Part shown: positions 37,221-49,046 of the stretch, piece by piece | How the letters are laid out: every line of letters starts with the position of its first letter | Position numbering within the stretch: position 1 is the stretch's first letter | Translations under genes and position numbers: made by a program | The notes under the pieces: generated by a model | Database searches by the model: none | What the model was told of the DNA's origin: nothing | Seen by the model: the letters and a program-made list of their open reading frames with translations, nothing else | NCBI RefSeq assembly: GCF_023055435.1 | Contig: NW_025963790.1 | Span: forward strand, 496,001 to 560,000 | Origin: Haliotis rufescens | Taxonomy: Eukaryota | DNA: 64,000 nt | Direction of reading: 5' to 3'

Positions 37221-39909
37221 CACGTAAAAACAACAAATGTAATGAGATAAAGGTGGAAACTAGGAAAGCCAACAGTAGACTTGATTCGTGTATTGTATCA
37301 ACATTCCGACAACCCCACACAGCTGTTCTTACAAACAAGTGATATACCTATCAAGCTATTGCTACTCAGCATGTACAAAACCAACCGCCGTCTCTTGCCC
37401 AGTATAAAGAGGGACCTTTGTTACATAAAAATTTATCTGTCGCTGTCGCATTTGATTCAGGTAATAATGATGAGTGCATTGCAAAGCTATTACTGGATAA
37501 AATGTGTTCGGGTTATTTATGTCGCAAATTTTAGTGAGTCCGTGATTAATAGTTTCTTATCTATTGCAGAACACCGCCGCCATGAACAGTGTCAAGTTGA
37601 CGGTAAACAATAACTTGATGAAAGCTGAAGTTAACAGTGCCTACGACCAAAGAACGTTCTCTGGTAAAACACGCAGGATATTCTAATATTACTGATCTAT
37701 GTTATTTCCCGGGGATTCTTAAATATATTGACATGTTGAATATACAATGAGCGAAACGTACCATTATCCTCGGTCCATGGCGGTACCACTGGGGCAGGAC
37801 ATATTCATGGTTTTGCCAACATTGGTATGATTGCTCTATTTTTGATAGTGATTCCTGAGTTTGTTGCTTCCATAGGCAAGCATGACTGTTCGTACCATAA
37901 GCCTGATGTTAATGTGATACATTGTATTGTGTAGCGACGATATCATCCCAGGAGGTTTATGGTAGATATTCAGAGACATATTCGGTCTGTAAATAATCGA
38001 GTCTGGGCCAGATAATCCAGTGATGGATATCATGAGCATCGATCCACGCAATTTTGGATACGATAACATGCATCAACCAAGTCAGCAAGCCTGACCACCC
38101 GATCTCGTTAGTCGCCTCTTACGACAGGCATAGTCGCTGGTGTCATAACAGATTTTCATTGATCCATACATATACTTATGACTGCTAGTTTGCCTTTGAC
38201 GCCCAATGGAATCTGTTTATTCCCTCGCATTGTCGTTTTATGTTTAAGATTTTAAGATTTTCAATATTGTTTCAATCTGAACACCCTTCTAGAAACCTAC
38301 TTTTCCGCCATATTGTTGTTTTCAGAGGGTTATTTGTAATCTCGAGCAGATTTAACTTAATATCTACAGTACCCCCGGTATGGTAACCTGTAATCGTCTT
38401 AACGTCTTAACCATAGTACTCAAAGGAATCAAACTGAATCATATCCACTGCAATATAACGTTGAGACTAGAGAATCGGGACTCATTGTTCTGTGGCGTTG
38501 CCGTTTTGAATGTCAATATGTCCGGGTTTAAATATCATAATGGTTGTGTAAATAGCTGTTACCAACCATAATGTTGATATTCGCATGACATATTGTATTG
38601 TGTAACGACGGACCTTTTCTGTATCTCCAGGCAACATCAGACGGAGCCAGTGTGCGATCCAAGTGGGTCATGGGAATGGTTATGACTTCTTCCGTGGTCA
38701 ACTTGATGAAGTAAGTTAACCACAGTGTTATATATGTTACAGTCTATGTGTAAGATGAATGAAATTTCCCGAAGGCAATTTGCAAAACGCCAAAATATTT
38801 AAGAATTTGTTTGTTTGGACTGGATAAAAGTTATAAAGGGTTAAATACATCACAACAGGCTAATAGTGCTGGGATTAGAAACTAAAAATTAAAAAAGAAA
38901 TTCCTTGAAAATACAGTGAAAATTTCAGCCATTTTATACGTTTTCTACAATTGCCCCTTGGAACATTTAACGTTAACACACGCATAATTGAGTTGTGTTC
39001 ACGTCGACCATCTTGTTTAGAGAGAAACCCCGTTAAACCGGAACCGCTAGTCCGCCGACTATACCTTCCAGTTGACTACTGTTTGAACGTCTATCTATTA
39101 CAAAAAGGCATTCTTCGCATCCATGATTCGTTCATCTGGAAATGTGTTTAATCGGGGACATTTCAATGGGAGCAGGCCCGGTTTGATCAACAGAGGTGGA
39201 TTAACAGACATGTTTATGTAATACTCATTCATACTTTATGGAATAGGCACATAACATGCAGATGCTTAACTATTCATGAACAATTCGACCTGAACTGTTA
39301 CAAAAACAGATGGTTTCAATATACGTGCGTAATAGTACCATGTAGGTGAGTGAGTGAGTATAGTTTAACGCCGCTATTAGCAACATTGCAGGGGCACGGG
39401 TGGCCTAGTCGTCTAAGACGCCACGAGTCGTTGTGCAGAGTGGCGTCCCTTGGTACGCAAAAAGCTATGATTGAGGGTTCGAATCCCGGTTCGCACCGAT
39501 TATGTTTCTAGGTTTGTCAGCACCATACCCATGTTCGTAGGTTTCACCAAAGTGGTAAACATCTGAGACCTGCATCACTTGGGGCTTTCCTCCCACATTT
39601 CGCTGACACGCCTTGATATAACTGGAATATTGTTAAAAGCGGCGTTAAACTCACTCACTGACTAGCAACATTACAGCAGCCGGGGCACCACACATTGTTC
39701 CCAAGCGGGAAGTCGAACCCGGGTCGTCGGCGTTACGAGCGAACACTTTAACCACTAGGCTACCCAGCCGCGTAGTTGTATCATGTAACTCTTAAGAAAC
39801 ACATGATCTACAATAAAATGAATTTATTTACGATTTTTTCATTCATTGTTTCATTCTGTTTCAGCTGAAGGTGTATACATGCATCCCTACCCCTCTGCTG
39901 ACCAAGTAA
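31691..39909 (+). CDS. Pif/BMSP-like secreted matrix protein (SP-VWA-TSP1-CBM14-CBM14-like-LamG), 585 aa; join(31691..31757,32231..32773,34378..34560,34906..35112,35690..35881,36623..36969,37570..37663,38631..38710,39865..39909)
   Basis: Manual splicing: every intron is GT..AG and the phases (1,1,1,1,1,0,1,0) join into one open frame of 1758 nt ending in TAA at 39907-39909. The domain order VWA + chitin-binding + LamG is that of the molluscan Pif/BMSP family. Confidence 0.88.
32231..32773 (+). CDS. Coding exon 2: von Willebrand factor A domain with intact MIDAS motif
   Basis: tttttttcag acceptor; [16 protein letters not shown]...GTNT...IVITDGRS...IGVG...ELKNIAS...VCK; donor G|GTGAGA at 32774. 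Confidence 0.95.
32915..33400 (+). mobile_element. Penelope-like RT relic in the intron after the VWA exon
   Basis: Nucleotide similarity to 22095-22620 (ccccatgggcaccaattg..., ttcaggtctattgatgatctgatatcgttcaataacc). Confidence 0.75.
34378..34560 (+). CDS. Coding exon 3: thrombospondin type-1 repeat
   Basis: VDGNWTEW...CSASCGGG...[19 protein letters not shown]...ETCNTECP; phase 1-1 exon with ctacag acceptor and GT at 34561. Confidence 0.92.
34906..35112 (+). CDS. Coding exon 4: chitin-binding type-2 (CBM14/peritrophin-A) domain
   Basis: [69 protein letters not shown]. This frame is not listed in the ORF track. ttttccag acceptor; GTGCGT donor at 35113. Confidence 0.92.
   Translation: MVIHAMGVGMTMVWGTCVTRRTVPVITSACDLGQPFHPTTGPVPLVFTGTKESWFVIGRLTSNVPQEV
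35690..35881 (+). CDS. Coding exon 5: degenerate second chitin-binding-like domain
   Basis: [64 protein letters not shown]; tgtgcag acceptor; GTACGT donor at 35882. Confidence 0.85.
35922..36183 (+). mobile_element. SINE family A, intronic
   Basis: Full-length family match. Confidence 0.87.
36623..36969 (+). CDS. Coding exon 6: laminin-G/concanavalin-A-like domain, first part
   Basis: [19 protein letters not shown]...[12 protein letters not shown]...QAIVTNADC...; tttcag acceptor; GTAAGT donor at 36970. Confidence 0.9.
37570..37663 (+). CDS. Coding exon 7: LamG-like domain, continued
   Basis: ctattgcag|[31 protein letters not shown](G)|GTAAAA; phase 0-1 fits both neighbours. Confidence 0.8.
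37983..38137 (-). mobile_element. SINE family A fragment, intronic, antisense
   Basis: Family match. Confidence 0.82.
38631..38710 (+). CDS. Coding exon 8: LamG-like domain, continued
   Basis: tctccag|[27 protein letters not shown]|GTAAGT; carries the typical LamG 'F.G.LDE' end motif. Confidence 0.88.
39391..39662 (+). mobile_element. SINE family B nested in an antisense SINE C (39345-39775), in the last intron
   Basis: TSD tagcaacatt(g/a)ca at 39378-39390 and 39663-39675. Confidence 0.85.
39865..39909 (+). CDS. Coding exon 9 (terminal): [14 protein letters not shown]
   Basis: ttctgtttcag acceptor, phase 0; completes the 'DE-L.VY.C' motif; stop TAA. Confidence 0.82.
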   Translation: MKVYTCIPTPLLTK

Positions 39910-40473
39910 AGCAGCTGGAGGATGTTGCCCTCACACTTTTAACTACTTCGTAGTAGCATATTTTACATCAATATGATTATATACCCAGTTAAACTACACG
40001 AACAGTGTAGTTTACATGTCCACTGTGTGTTGTACATAGTGCTATCTATATTTACTAATGCACAAACTATTACTTATAAGTTGTTCAATATTAAAGCGAT
40101 CTTGCAATACTTATCGTGTTCATGTCTGTTGTTAATAACATCTTCTAATGAATTGTTGGTTTACACAAATACATGATAATTACTTATGTCGTTCATGTTC
40201 GTAAACCAAAGCTGCATTTTCAATGTAGCATACATTTAAAGAAGCGATGTCACGTAACGGTCTTTAAGAAGGTAATACCATGCAAAACTATTGTTAACAT
40301 ACCACTGATCTGTGTTCGATTCAAGGACGAATGAGAAAAATGACACTTGTCGAAAAACCGTTCTTTCAAAACTTGAGGTAGAATATTTTTTTCATTCCAA
40401 ACTTTCAATATTGTTACGTGTTAACTCTCAGATCATCTGAATAATTGCGTAGGGAGGGAATGTGTGCAAGTGT

Positions 40474-40705
40474 GTTGTTTAACAGTGCACTCAGCAATTT
40501 TCCAGCTATATGACGGCGGTCTGTATATAATTGAATCTTGACCAGACAATTCAGTGATTGATAACATGAGCATCGATCCACGCATTTGGGATACGATGAC
40601 ATGCATCAACCAAGTCAGCGAGCCTGGCCACCCGATCCCGTTAGTCGCCTTTTACGGCAAGCATGGGTGCTTAAGACCTATTCTACCCCGGATCTTCACG
40701 GGTCT
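40474..40705 (-). mobile_element. SINE family A (single-hairpin variant)
   Basis: Family match. Confidence 0.87.
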
Positions 40706-41159
40706 CTCGACAGACAAAAAGATATTTATGAATTTCATTATCATATAAAACGTGAACGCTGGGGAATTATCAGTCTCAATTATCGCCCGAAACAGATTCC
40801 ATCGTGCGTAAAAGGATAAAAGAATGAAAAGATTACAAATGGAAAATCAGTGATGAAATGATAATACACTTTTCTCCCCATAACTGCTTCGCCTCTTATA
40901 ATCATGTGTTCGGTGCCAAACACTTCCCGCAAATATACCGGCAAAAGAATGTAATATTGAAAACCTATGTACACGCACGCAAGCACGCACGTCCACATTT
41001 TGTGTGTGCATTAATCAATAGCCCCCGAAAGAGACCATTATTCAAAAGTGACTTGACACTTTGCAAATATCTTTTATGATGGTGGAATAGAATGGGCTTT
41101 GAGAGGGAACATAGAACCGAGCTGATGCCTTTCTCTACCTTAAAAATCAACAAAACAAA

Positions 41160-42330
41160 GTGAAACATCATGTGGAAACGATGTGTAAAATATCAAGTAA
41201 TAAATACGACCATTTATATCCATTCCACTCTCCGCCAAGAGCTTGGTGAAGGTTCCTTCTGATTGATCACAATTACATACGTTTGTTTCGGCGAATGGTC
41301 GAGACTGGTTATTGGAAAATGGGAAAACTACTTTAAGGAACATAATCATGGGGATAGTATACTTATAGAACAAATGATGGTAGAACCATTATGGTTGAAT
41401 CATCAATATGAAAAGTCATTCTTAATTAAAACTTGGTTTCATCAACGAGTTCAATTTATAAGTGATATTTGTCATAACAAGTGTTTTTTTTTCATTTGAA
41501 GTACAAAAAGAAAGAATAAACATTAAATGGACTCAACTAGATAATCAACATCTTTTAAATAACATACCTAGACAATAGAGAGGAACAATTAGAGATCAAG
41601 ATTTTATTTTACACAACAAAGGTATCAACATTATTTGAATCTACTTTCTAGTACAAAAGCGTCTCGGATTTGGTAAGATAAACAAATTTGATAAAAATCT
41701 TAAGAAATGTGAAAATATATTATGTAAACAAATACAATGGAATAACGTATTTACCCAATTTAGAAAATCAATTAAATATGTGAAATTGTAAGAGTTCCAG
41801 TATAAATTCATACACAAAGCTATTTACACAAAAAAGAATTACTTAAGTTGAAATTGATTGATAACGATGAATACTCCTTTTGCAACTCTAATAGCGAAGA
41901 TCTTTTACATGTATATTGTGATTTTGAATGTGTTCGTGCATTTTGGATGCAAGGTCAGACATTTATAAGAAAGAATCCTTATACTTGATACCGCTTTTAC
42001 AAGATATACTATTGTCTTTGGACTTGATACTGATAACACTGTTGTGAAACATATTCTCCTAGCAGGTAAAAGATGTGTTTACGTCTCTAGCATCAAGCAG
42101 CAAAAGTCCTTTGTGACATTTTTAAAGGATGTCACGGACATTTGTAAAACAGAAAATATATGGCTTATGACAATTACACGCAATATTAATTTCACATAAA
42201 ATGGAAGTATTTGATAAACATTCTCTGTTTGATCAAGAATCACTTCATATTTTATTAATATATGTATAAAAACAAATTTTGTAACCACAGCAAACAATTT
42301 TATCTAATTTGATTCTGTTTTTAATGTCTT
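41160..42330 (+). mobile_element. L1/Tx1-clade LINE ORF2 3' relic
   Basis: EPLWLNHQ...WFHQRVQFISDI; FQYKFIHKAIYT; FCNSNSEDLLHVYCDFECVRAFW (zf-RVT-like). Confidence 0.72.
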
Positions 42331-42444
42331 CAAGTCAAGTATCCGATACCACTGATCGAAGCGCTCATAAAATATCACTACAATTCTGACTCCAATATAT
42401 ACTTGTTTATACGAACATATCAAATCCGACCATGTACAATTTAT

Positions 42445-42685
42445 GTTTGTTTGTTTGTTGTTTACGCCGCACTCCGCAATATTCCAGCTATATGACGGCG
42501 GTCTGTAAAATAATCGAGTCTGGACTAGACAATCCAGTGATTGACATCATGAACATCGATCCAGGCAATTGGGATCGATAACATATATCAACCAAGTCAG
42601 CGAGCCTGACCACCCGATCCCGTTAGTCGCCTTTTACGACAAGCATAGTCGCCTTTTACTGCAAGTATGGGTTGCTGAAGACCTA
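42445..42685 (-). mobile_element. SINE family A
   Basis: Family match. Confidence 0.85.
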
Positions 42686-42715
42686 TACAATTTAAGTAAT
42701 ATCACATGCACCTTC

Positions 42716-42878
42716 GGGGCGGTCGAGTAGCCTAGTGGTTAAAGCGTTCGCTCGTCACGCCGAAGACCCGGGTTCGATTCCCGACATGGGTACAATGTAA
42801 GCCCATTTCTGGTGTCCCCCGCCGTGATATTGCTGGAATATTGCTAAAAGCGGCGTCAAACCATACTCACTCACTCAC
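42716..42878 (+). mobile_element. SINE family C (tRNA-Asp-like head)
   Basis: tagcctagtggttaaagcgttcgctcGTCacgccgaagacccgggttcgattccc plus the shared tail and (TCAC)n. Confidence 0.88.
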
Positions 42879-44026
42879 ATGCACCTTCCTTTATATATTC
42901 ACTGCATACTATTGACATGTAATATAAACTGTTAAAAATATCTTTTGATTAGTTTCAACAAAATCAAAATGCACTGTCGTGTCTCTGGATTTTCTGATTC
43001 ATCGATCACATTGTCTGGTTTGTTTACAAGCCGCCGTTGAATGGAAGGATTGCCTAGGCAAATTGTGTGAATGGCGGGTGCCTTTCAACTCTCTAATGCA
43101 AGAGAATAACCTGTCTTGATTATCCTCCGAAACATATATCGTATGAAGTACAATAGCCTGACTCTGCACATAAGTACAACTTCAAAATAACTAGAATGCT
43201 GTTATTTATTTAAGTTTGTTGAGAAATATATTCAGCAAATCTTTGTTAGCATTTCTACAACCCGACATCCGTACAGTGGCATATGCCATGTTGATTTCCG
43301 AGAAACGACTAATTGAGTTCAAGCAGTGTAGTATACGCGTCAAAGTGAGGTGAAATTATATATTATATATACACTCACCGTCAAACAAAACGCGAACCAT
43401 AGAAACAGATGGAGAAGTATGAACTTTAAGAAGCCATGTTTGGCATCAAGTGGTACACATAGGAAACAACAGTTAGTCAAGTGTTACTACAGTTTCCTTA
43501 TTTTATCACGATATGCTGCAAGTGATTTCCAAAGAAAATATTATGTCAAAATTTGTCTCAAGCATCTCTATACACGGAGACAGCAACTGAGAGAACAGCG
43601 ACACCTGGTGACACCTGGCATGATCCCTGCAGCATAACGTGGTCAGAAGAACAAGGTCGCAATGCAGTATTCTAACTCGGATCAGGATTCAGCAGTGCCA
43701 TTTTGCCTCAAACGGGCTGTATGTTATCCCCTATTGTACGTTATCTGCTATTGATAAAGAACTGCTGCACCGACAAATTAAAACATGTCCGTCCGTAGCA
43801 TGAATATATAGGTTTTATGTGCGCGTCAGATGTACGCCACACGAGACGAGGTGAGATGAAGTTAACGTCGTTACAGTTCTATGCAGGTACGTAGCGACGT
43901 GCATGCACGTGTGGCTTGTGTGTGGTGTGTATGTGACTATATAATTATATATGGTGTGTATTTCGCATATTGTATATCCTAAATAACTTTTATTACAAAC
44001 GGTATTAAGGAGTGCATTAAAATATA

Positions 44027-45535
44027 CTCAACAACAAAAGTTCCTGTGACATCAATATTTTAGTGCATTTTTCAAACAAATAAAGTTTAGTTTTCAATAT
44101 TGTAGTACATGTATGGAATCAAGTCACAAAAACGCAACTGCTACAGAAAAGCATGCATTCCATGCAAAAGTTGACTTTTATGCAAGCCCCATGCATTTCA
44201 CTACCCAAGAATTGGTATAAACACATGTGCGTTAACGGGATTCGATATGCATTGTATAGCATCGTGCTGACAACAGCCACTCAGAAAAACAACAAAATTA
44301 CGCAATTATTCAACATTACGAAATGCCACGCCTGTCCGAAAATGAGCGTCTGCGAGCTATTGGTATGCTTGAAGTAGGATCGAGTCAACGTGATGTTGCA
44401 TGACAATTTAACGTCCACAGAAACACCAGTTGCTGTTTATAGCAACGTTGGCAACAGACGAATGCAGCCAGAGACCATCCTCGGAGTGGCAGGCCACGCG
44501 TAACCAATAATCGACAATAAAACTGGATTCGAACAACACACCTACGAAATCGATTCCAGCCAGCAATAGTGACTGCAAGAAGCATCCCTGGCCTTCGACG
44601 AATATCTTCACAAACCGTACGTCGCCGCCTCAGATGTGCAGGAATTGTCGCCAGAAGACCCGCCAGACGTCCCATTTTGACAGGAGACCACCGTCAAGCA
44701 CGTCTACAGTGGTGAAGACAGCGTCTACGCTGGACGGCCATGCAGTGGGAACAAGTTCTATCCACTAACGAGTCTCATTTTCACCTCAGCCACAGCGATG
44801 GGCGGATTCGAGTGTACCGACGTCGAGGTGAACGTTACGTCAATCAGAGTGTCATGGAAGAAGATCGTTTCGGGGGCGGCAGCGTTATGGTATGGGTTGG
44901 GATTACAGCAGGACAGAGGACTCCTTTGATAGTAGTAGAGGGAAATCCCAATGGACAGCGCTACCGCGACGAGATCATCGGCCCTGTTGTTCTACCGTTT
45001 TTGCGTCGTTAGGCCCAGGAATTACCTTTCAACATGACAACGCCCGGCCTCATATTACTCGACTTGTTCAGGTTTCTCTTCAACAAAACAACGTGAATGT
45101 CATCCCCTGGCCGGCTCGCTCCCCTGATCTCTCACCAATCGAGCACATGTGGGATGAGATGGATCGGCGCCTTCGACGTCAACCACGTGTTCCACAGACA
45201 CTCCAGGAACTTCGAAACATGTTCCAGCAGGAATGGACAGATATCCCACAGGACTTTGTGCGACGCCTGGTCCATTCGATGAGACGCAGATGTGTTGCTT
45301 ATATCGCAATCAGAGGTGGACACACACGCTATTGATTTGTAAATTGACACTTTTTGCATGTTTTTTTTTTTTCTATGAAATCACGCATTTTCTGAAGTCA
45401 CTATGGCAAATTACACCATTTTGAACACTTACAGGGGTCTTTTATCTGTTGCAAACCGTAATTGTTTCAGATTTGGTAAAAAACATAACTTTGCATTAAA
45501 TCTTATTCAGTGTCACAGGAACTTTTGTTGTTCAG
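44027..45535 (+). mobile_element. Full-length Tc1 DD34E transposon, inactive; transposase 44323-45335 has stops and a frameshift
   Basis: TIRs ctcaacaacaaaagttcctgtgaca / tgtcacaggaacttttgttgttcag with TA on both sides; MPRLSENERLRAIGML..., FQHDNARPH-34-SPDLSPIEHMWD. Confidence 0.95.
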
Positions 45536-45799
45536 TATATTTATGACACTTTAAGACGTATTCCTGTTATATCTTTACAATTTGTCCTTTCGTATATTAT
45601 AAATAACATTTATCACAAACAGCATTTTCGAGAGCAGTAAAATATTTTTTACACTGTGAGACGTATGCCTGTTATATCCTTGCAATTTGTCCTTTTGTTA
45701 ATTATGAATAATATTAAATAAAACGGTATGTAGGAGTGCAGTAAAATATGTATCACAGTTTAAGATGTATCCCTGTGTGTAACTGATCGTCGAAGACAG

Positions 45800-45965
45800 T
45801 GAGTGAGTGAGTATGGTTTTACGCTGCTTTTAACAATATTCCAGCAATATCACGACAAGAGACACCAGAAATGGGCTTCACACATTGTACCCATGTCGGG
45901 AATCGAACCCAGGTCTTCGGCGTGACGAGCGAACGCTTTAACCACAGGCTACCCGAACGCCCCGC
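45800..45965 (-). mobile_element. SINE family C
   Basis: Reverse-complement match to 42716-42878; partial copies also at ~16803-16895 and ~46348-46470. Confidence 0.85.
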
Positions 45966-47426
45966 GTGGAGGACGCGATGTAATGTAATCTTTGAGTAAA
46001 AGGGACATCGAAACAAGTCACTCCAACCTCGATTATCAGGTGTATGATAACTCCATTCTATTATATTAGTACCATGGATCCGCTCGTTGCCATCGTTACC
46101 ATTGCTTTGTTTTGGATGAAGTAATCATCTCAATGTTTCTCCTTTGTTGCGTCCCACAAAACTGTTCTCGCACATGAGGATGATTGGTAGACTATATTTC
46201 GAGTCGTGCCATTCGGATCTGATTCAAAGCGAGGCAATGTTAATGCGTGTATCTAGGCTATACTACTATAATGGAGGTAAATTAAGCTAGATACTTGGGG
46301 ATCGAGAAACTGGTGATTCGACTGCTTTCCGTGTTCGTACAATCCAAGTGAGTGAGTGAGTTTTGTTTTAAGCCGATTATAGCAATATTCCACCTATATC
46401 ACGTGGGCAATCAAACCCGGGCCTTCGGCGTGACGAGCGAACGCTTTATCCACAAGACCACCAAACCGCCCCTCTTGCCGCCCAAATAACTAGCGCACGC
46501 ATGAAGCAGACGCGCCGCTGATATCTTGGAATACAGTCAAACCAAATGCACTCACTCACTCACAACTGGTGTCTACACGAGTGATTGCATGTTCTTCTCT
46601 GCGCCACAGTCAGCAAAATTCCCAAAGTCTCAGGGCGATCTTTAAATCAACTACATTGGTAAGGCAGCCTAGTAACTGACAGCATGACAGTCGTACCACA
46701 ATCTGGCGTAGTGACATTACACACGCCCATAAGTTTTTTTGCATATCGCAAGACAGGACTTTTGTCTTGTTTGTAAACAAACACGCTTGATCTGAAATTA
46801 GAGCAGGCCGCACTGAGGTAATCCTTTCAGGAAGCTTTAAATATTAAGTTACATATTGACAATGAGGGGCATGATGTGATGTATCGCTTACTGTCCCTCG
46901 CTGACTTGGTTGATGCATGTCATCGTATCCCAATTGCGTAGATCGATGTTCATGATGTCAATCACTGGATTGTCTGGTCCAGACTTGATTATTTACAGAA
47001 CAACGTCATGTAGCTGGAACATTGCTGAGTGAGGCGTTAACAAACAAACAAACCAAATACTAGTAAAGAGCTCGGATCCAATGTAAAGTACACATAACAA
47101 TACATATCTTCAGCAAGGAGGCTTGTACATACCTTCTTTCGGGATATCACCTCGTTCACAGATTGGCTGGAGTAAGTGGAGTATGAATTGCAAGGAGCAC
47201 AGTGAGCACTGACGTCATTCAATTGTTATTATTAACCAACCATTCGTGAGTTTGGATAACCATAATACAAAGCTTACCATTTCAGCAGTAATCAACACGT
47301 GGTTTCAGAGATTTGATCTTGTCCCCATTTGTCAATATATATATTGAATATGTATTTTGAATATATATATTGAATATATATATATATATACTATGCAAAC
47401 AAAAAATGAAATATTTTGCTTTGAGG

Positions 47427-47685
47427 TTGGTTTGTTGTTTAACGCTGCACTCAGCAATATTCCAGCTATATGACGGCGGTCTGCAAATAATCGAGTCTTG
47501 ACCAGTCAATCCAGTGATCATTATCATGAACATCGATCCACGCAATTGGGATCGATGACATGCATCAACCAAATCAGCGAGCCTGACCACCCGATTCCGT
47601 TAGTCGCCTTTTACGACAAGCTTAGTCGCCTTCTATTGCAAGCATCGGTTGCTGAAGGTCTATTCTACCCCGGATCTTCACGGGT
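47427..47685 (-). mobile_element. SINE family A
   Basis: Family match; further partial copies at ~46896-47055, ~47860-47970, ~51340-51510 and ~57598-57830. Confidence 0.85.
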
Positions 47686-48084
47686 CGTTTGAGGTGGAAC
47701 TTCAGGATAATATGCCAATGTCTGGCAATGAAAGAACGTGATTTATGTGGCAAGAAGAAATAAAGCTCCCAAACACAACATTGTGACCGCCATGAAGCAC
47801 GTGACCATGTGACCTCGGACAGCATGTGAGTATGGTATGCCAGATTACCATTGCCTCTTCATGATGTTAATCACTAGATTGTCTGGTCCAGACACGATTA
47901 TTTACAGACCGCCGTGATAAAGCTGCAGTATTGCTGAGTGCGGCGCAAAAAAACAAACCAAACCAAACCAAAACCATTGTCTCTCAGACTCGGTTGTTAG
48001 CAGACGCATATTGTTTTCTTGGAACCAATCGCTCAAAGGCACTTTATAAAACACATTTAATCATTAAGGAAGCAACATCATTGA

Positions 48085-48845
48085 TCATGAAACGTCAGGC
48101 ACACGTCAGAATAGTGTTGCACAAACGCTGCATGTTTCTCAATCTGTCATCAGCAGATTGTGGGTCCTATACCAACGAAATCGAAACTCCGGCCAAGGAC
48201 AGATTTGTGAGAACGATGGCATCAAGGAATCGGCGTCAAACTGCCTCAAATAAGGGTCTAGTTGCAACAGGAAACTGTCGTCCACTTCTCGCTGTGTCAT
48301 ATGAATCAGAGACGTCAGTGGTGTAGGAAACGTCAGCACTAAGATAATCGACGTTGGGCTAATGTCATGTTTTCTTACAAATCGAGGTTCACTATCGACT
48401 TCCATGATCGAAAGATTCGAGTTTTGAAACGATCGAAAGAGCGTTTTGTGGACGTTTTGTGGACGTTAACATCTTACAGCAAGATCGTTTTAGGGTGGGT
48501 CCATATCATGGGTTGGTATCACAATGACTGGAAGAATTGCGTGCTCGGCACGTTTTATTTTTCAAGATGATCATGCACGTCCTTATCGTGCCAGGACTTT
48601 GTCCAAATTCCCAAAGCAAAACATCCATGTCAAGCCATGGCCAGCACTCAGTCCTGTCCTTTCCCCAATTGAACACACTTCAACGCTTTTACGTCAACGT
48701 CAAAATCCACCCACCAAACTCAATGCTGCTCTCACTGACGAGTTTAACAACATGTGTCAAGCTGACATTGGTCGACTTATCATAAGACTGCCTCGAAGAA
48801 TTCGAGCATGTTTGGCAATCAGAGGTGCTTTAACCGTATATTAGT
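48085..48845 (+). mobile_element. Heavily decayed Tc1 transposase relic
   Basis: FIFQDDHARPYRAR...WPALSPVLSPIEH...RRIRACLAIRGA and upstream KSRFTIDFHDRKIRV; many frameshifts. Confidence 0.8.
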
Positions 48846-49046
48846 GACGTTGGCTGCAACATGCAATTTATTTTCTTCAAATACTGATCACCTTCTCCCC
48901 AGCAGATATGATCATATCATTTCCATTTACCAATACCAGATAGATCAGAAGATCTGTCTTGATAATTTCCTATATCCCCTATGTTTCTGACATAGTTCAT
49001 GCGGGATACGAATAAGCTATTTTATTTACCGAGATCGAGAAAGTGA

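Noticed and set aside
42716-42790. Functional tRNA-Asp gene (and other tRNA-like heads)
   Set aside because: No proper acceptor stem, and always followed by the same body and tail, so these are SINE heads.
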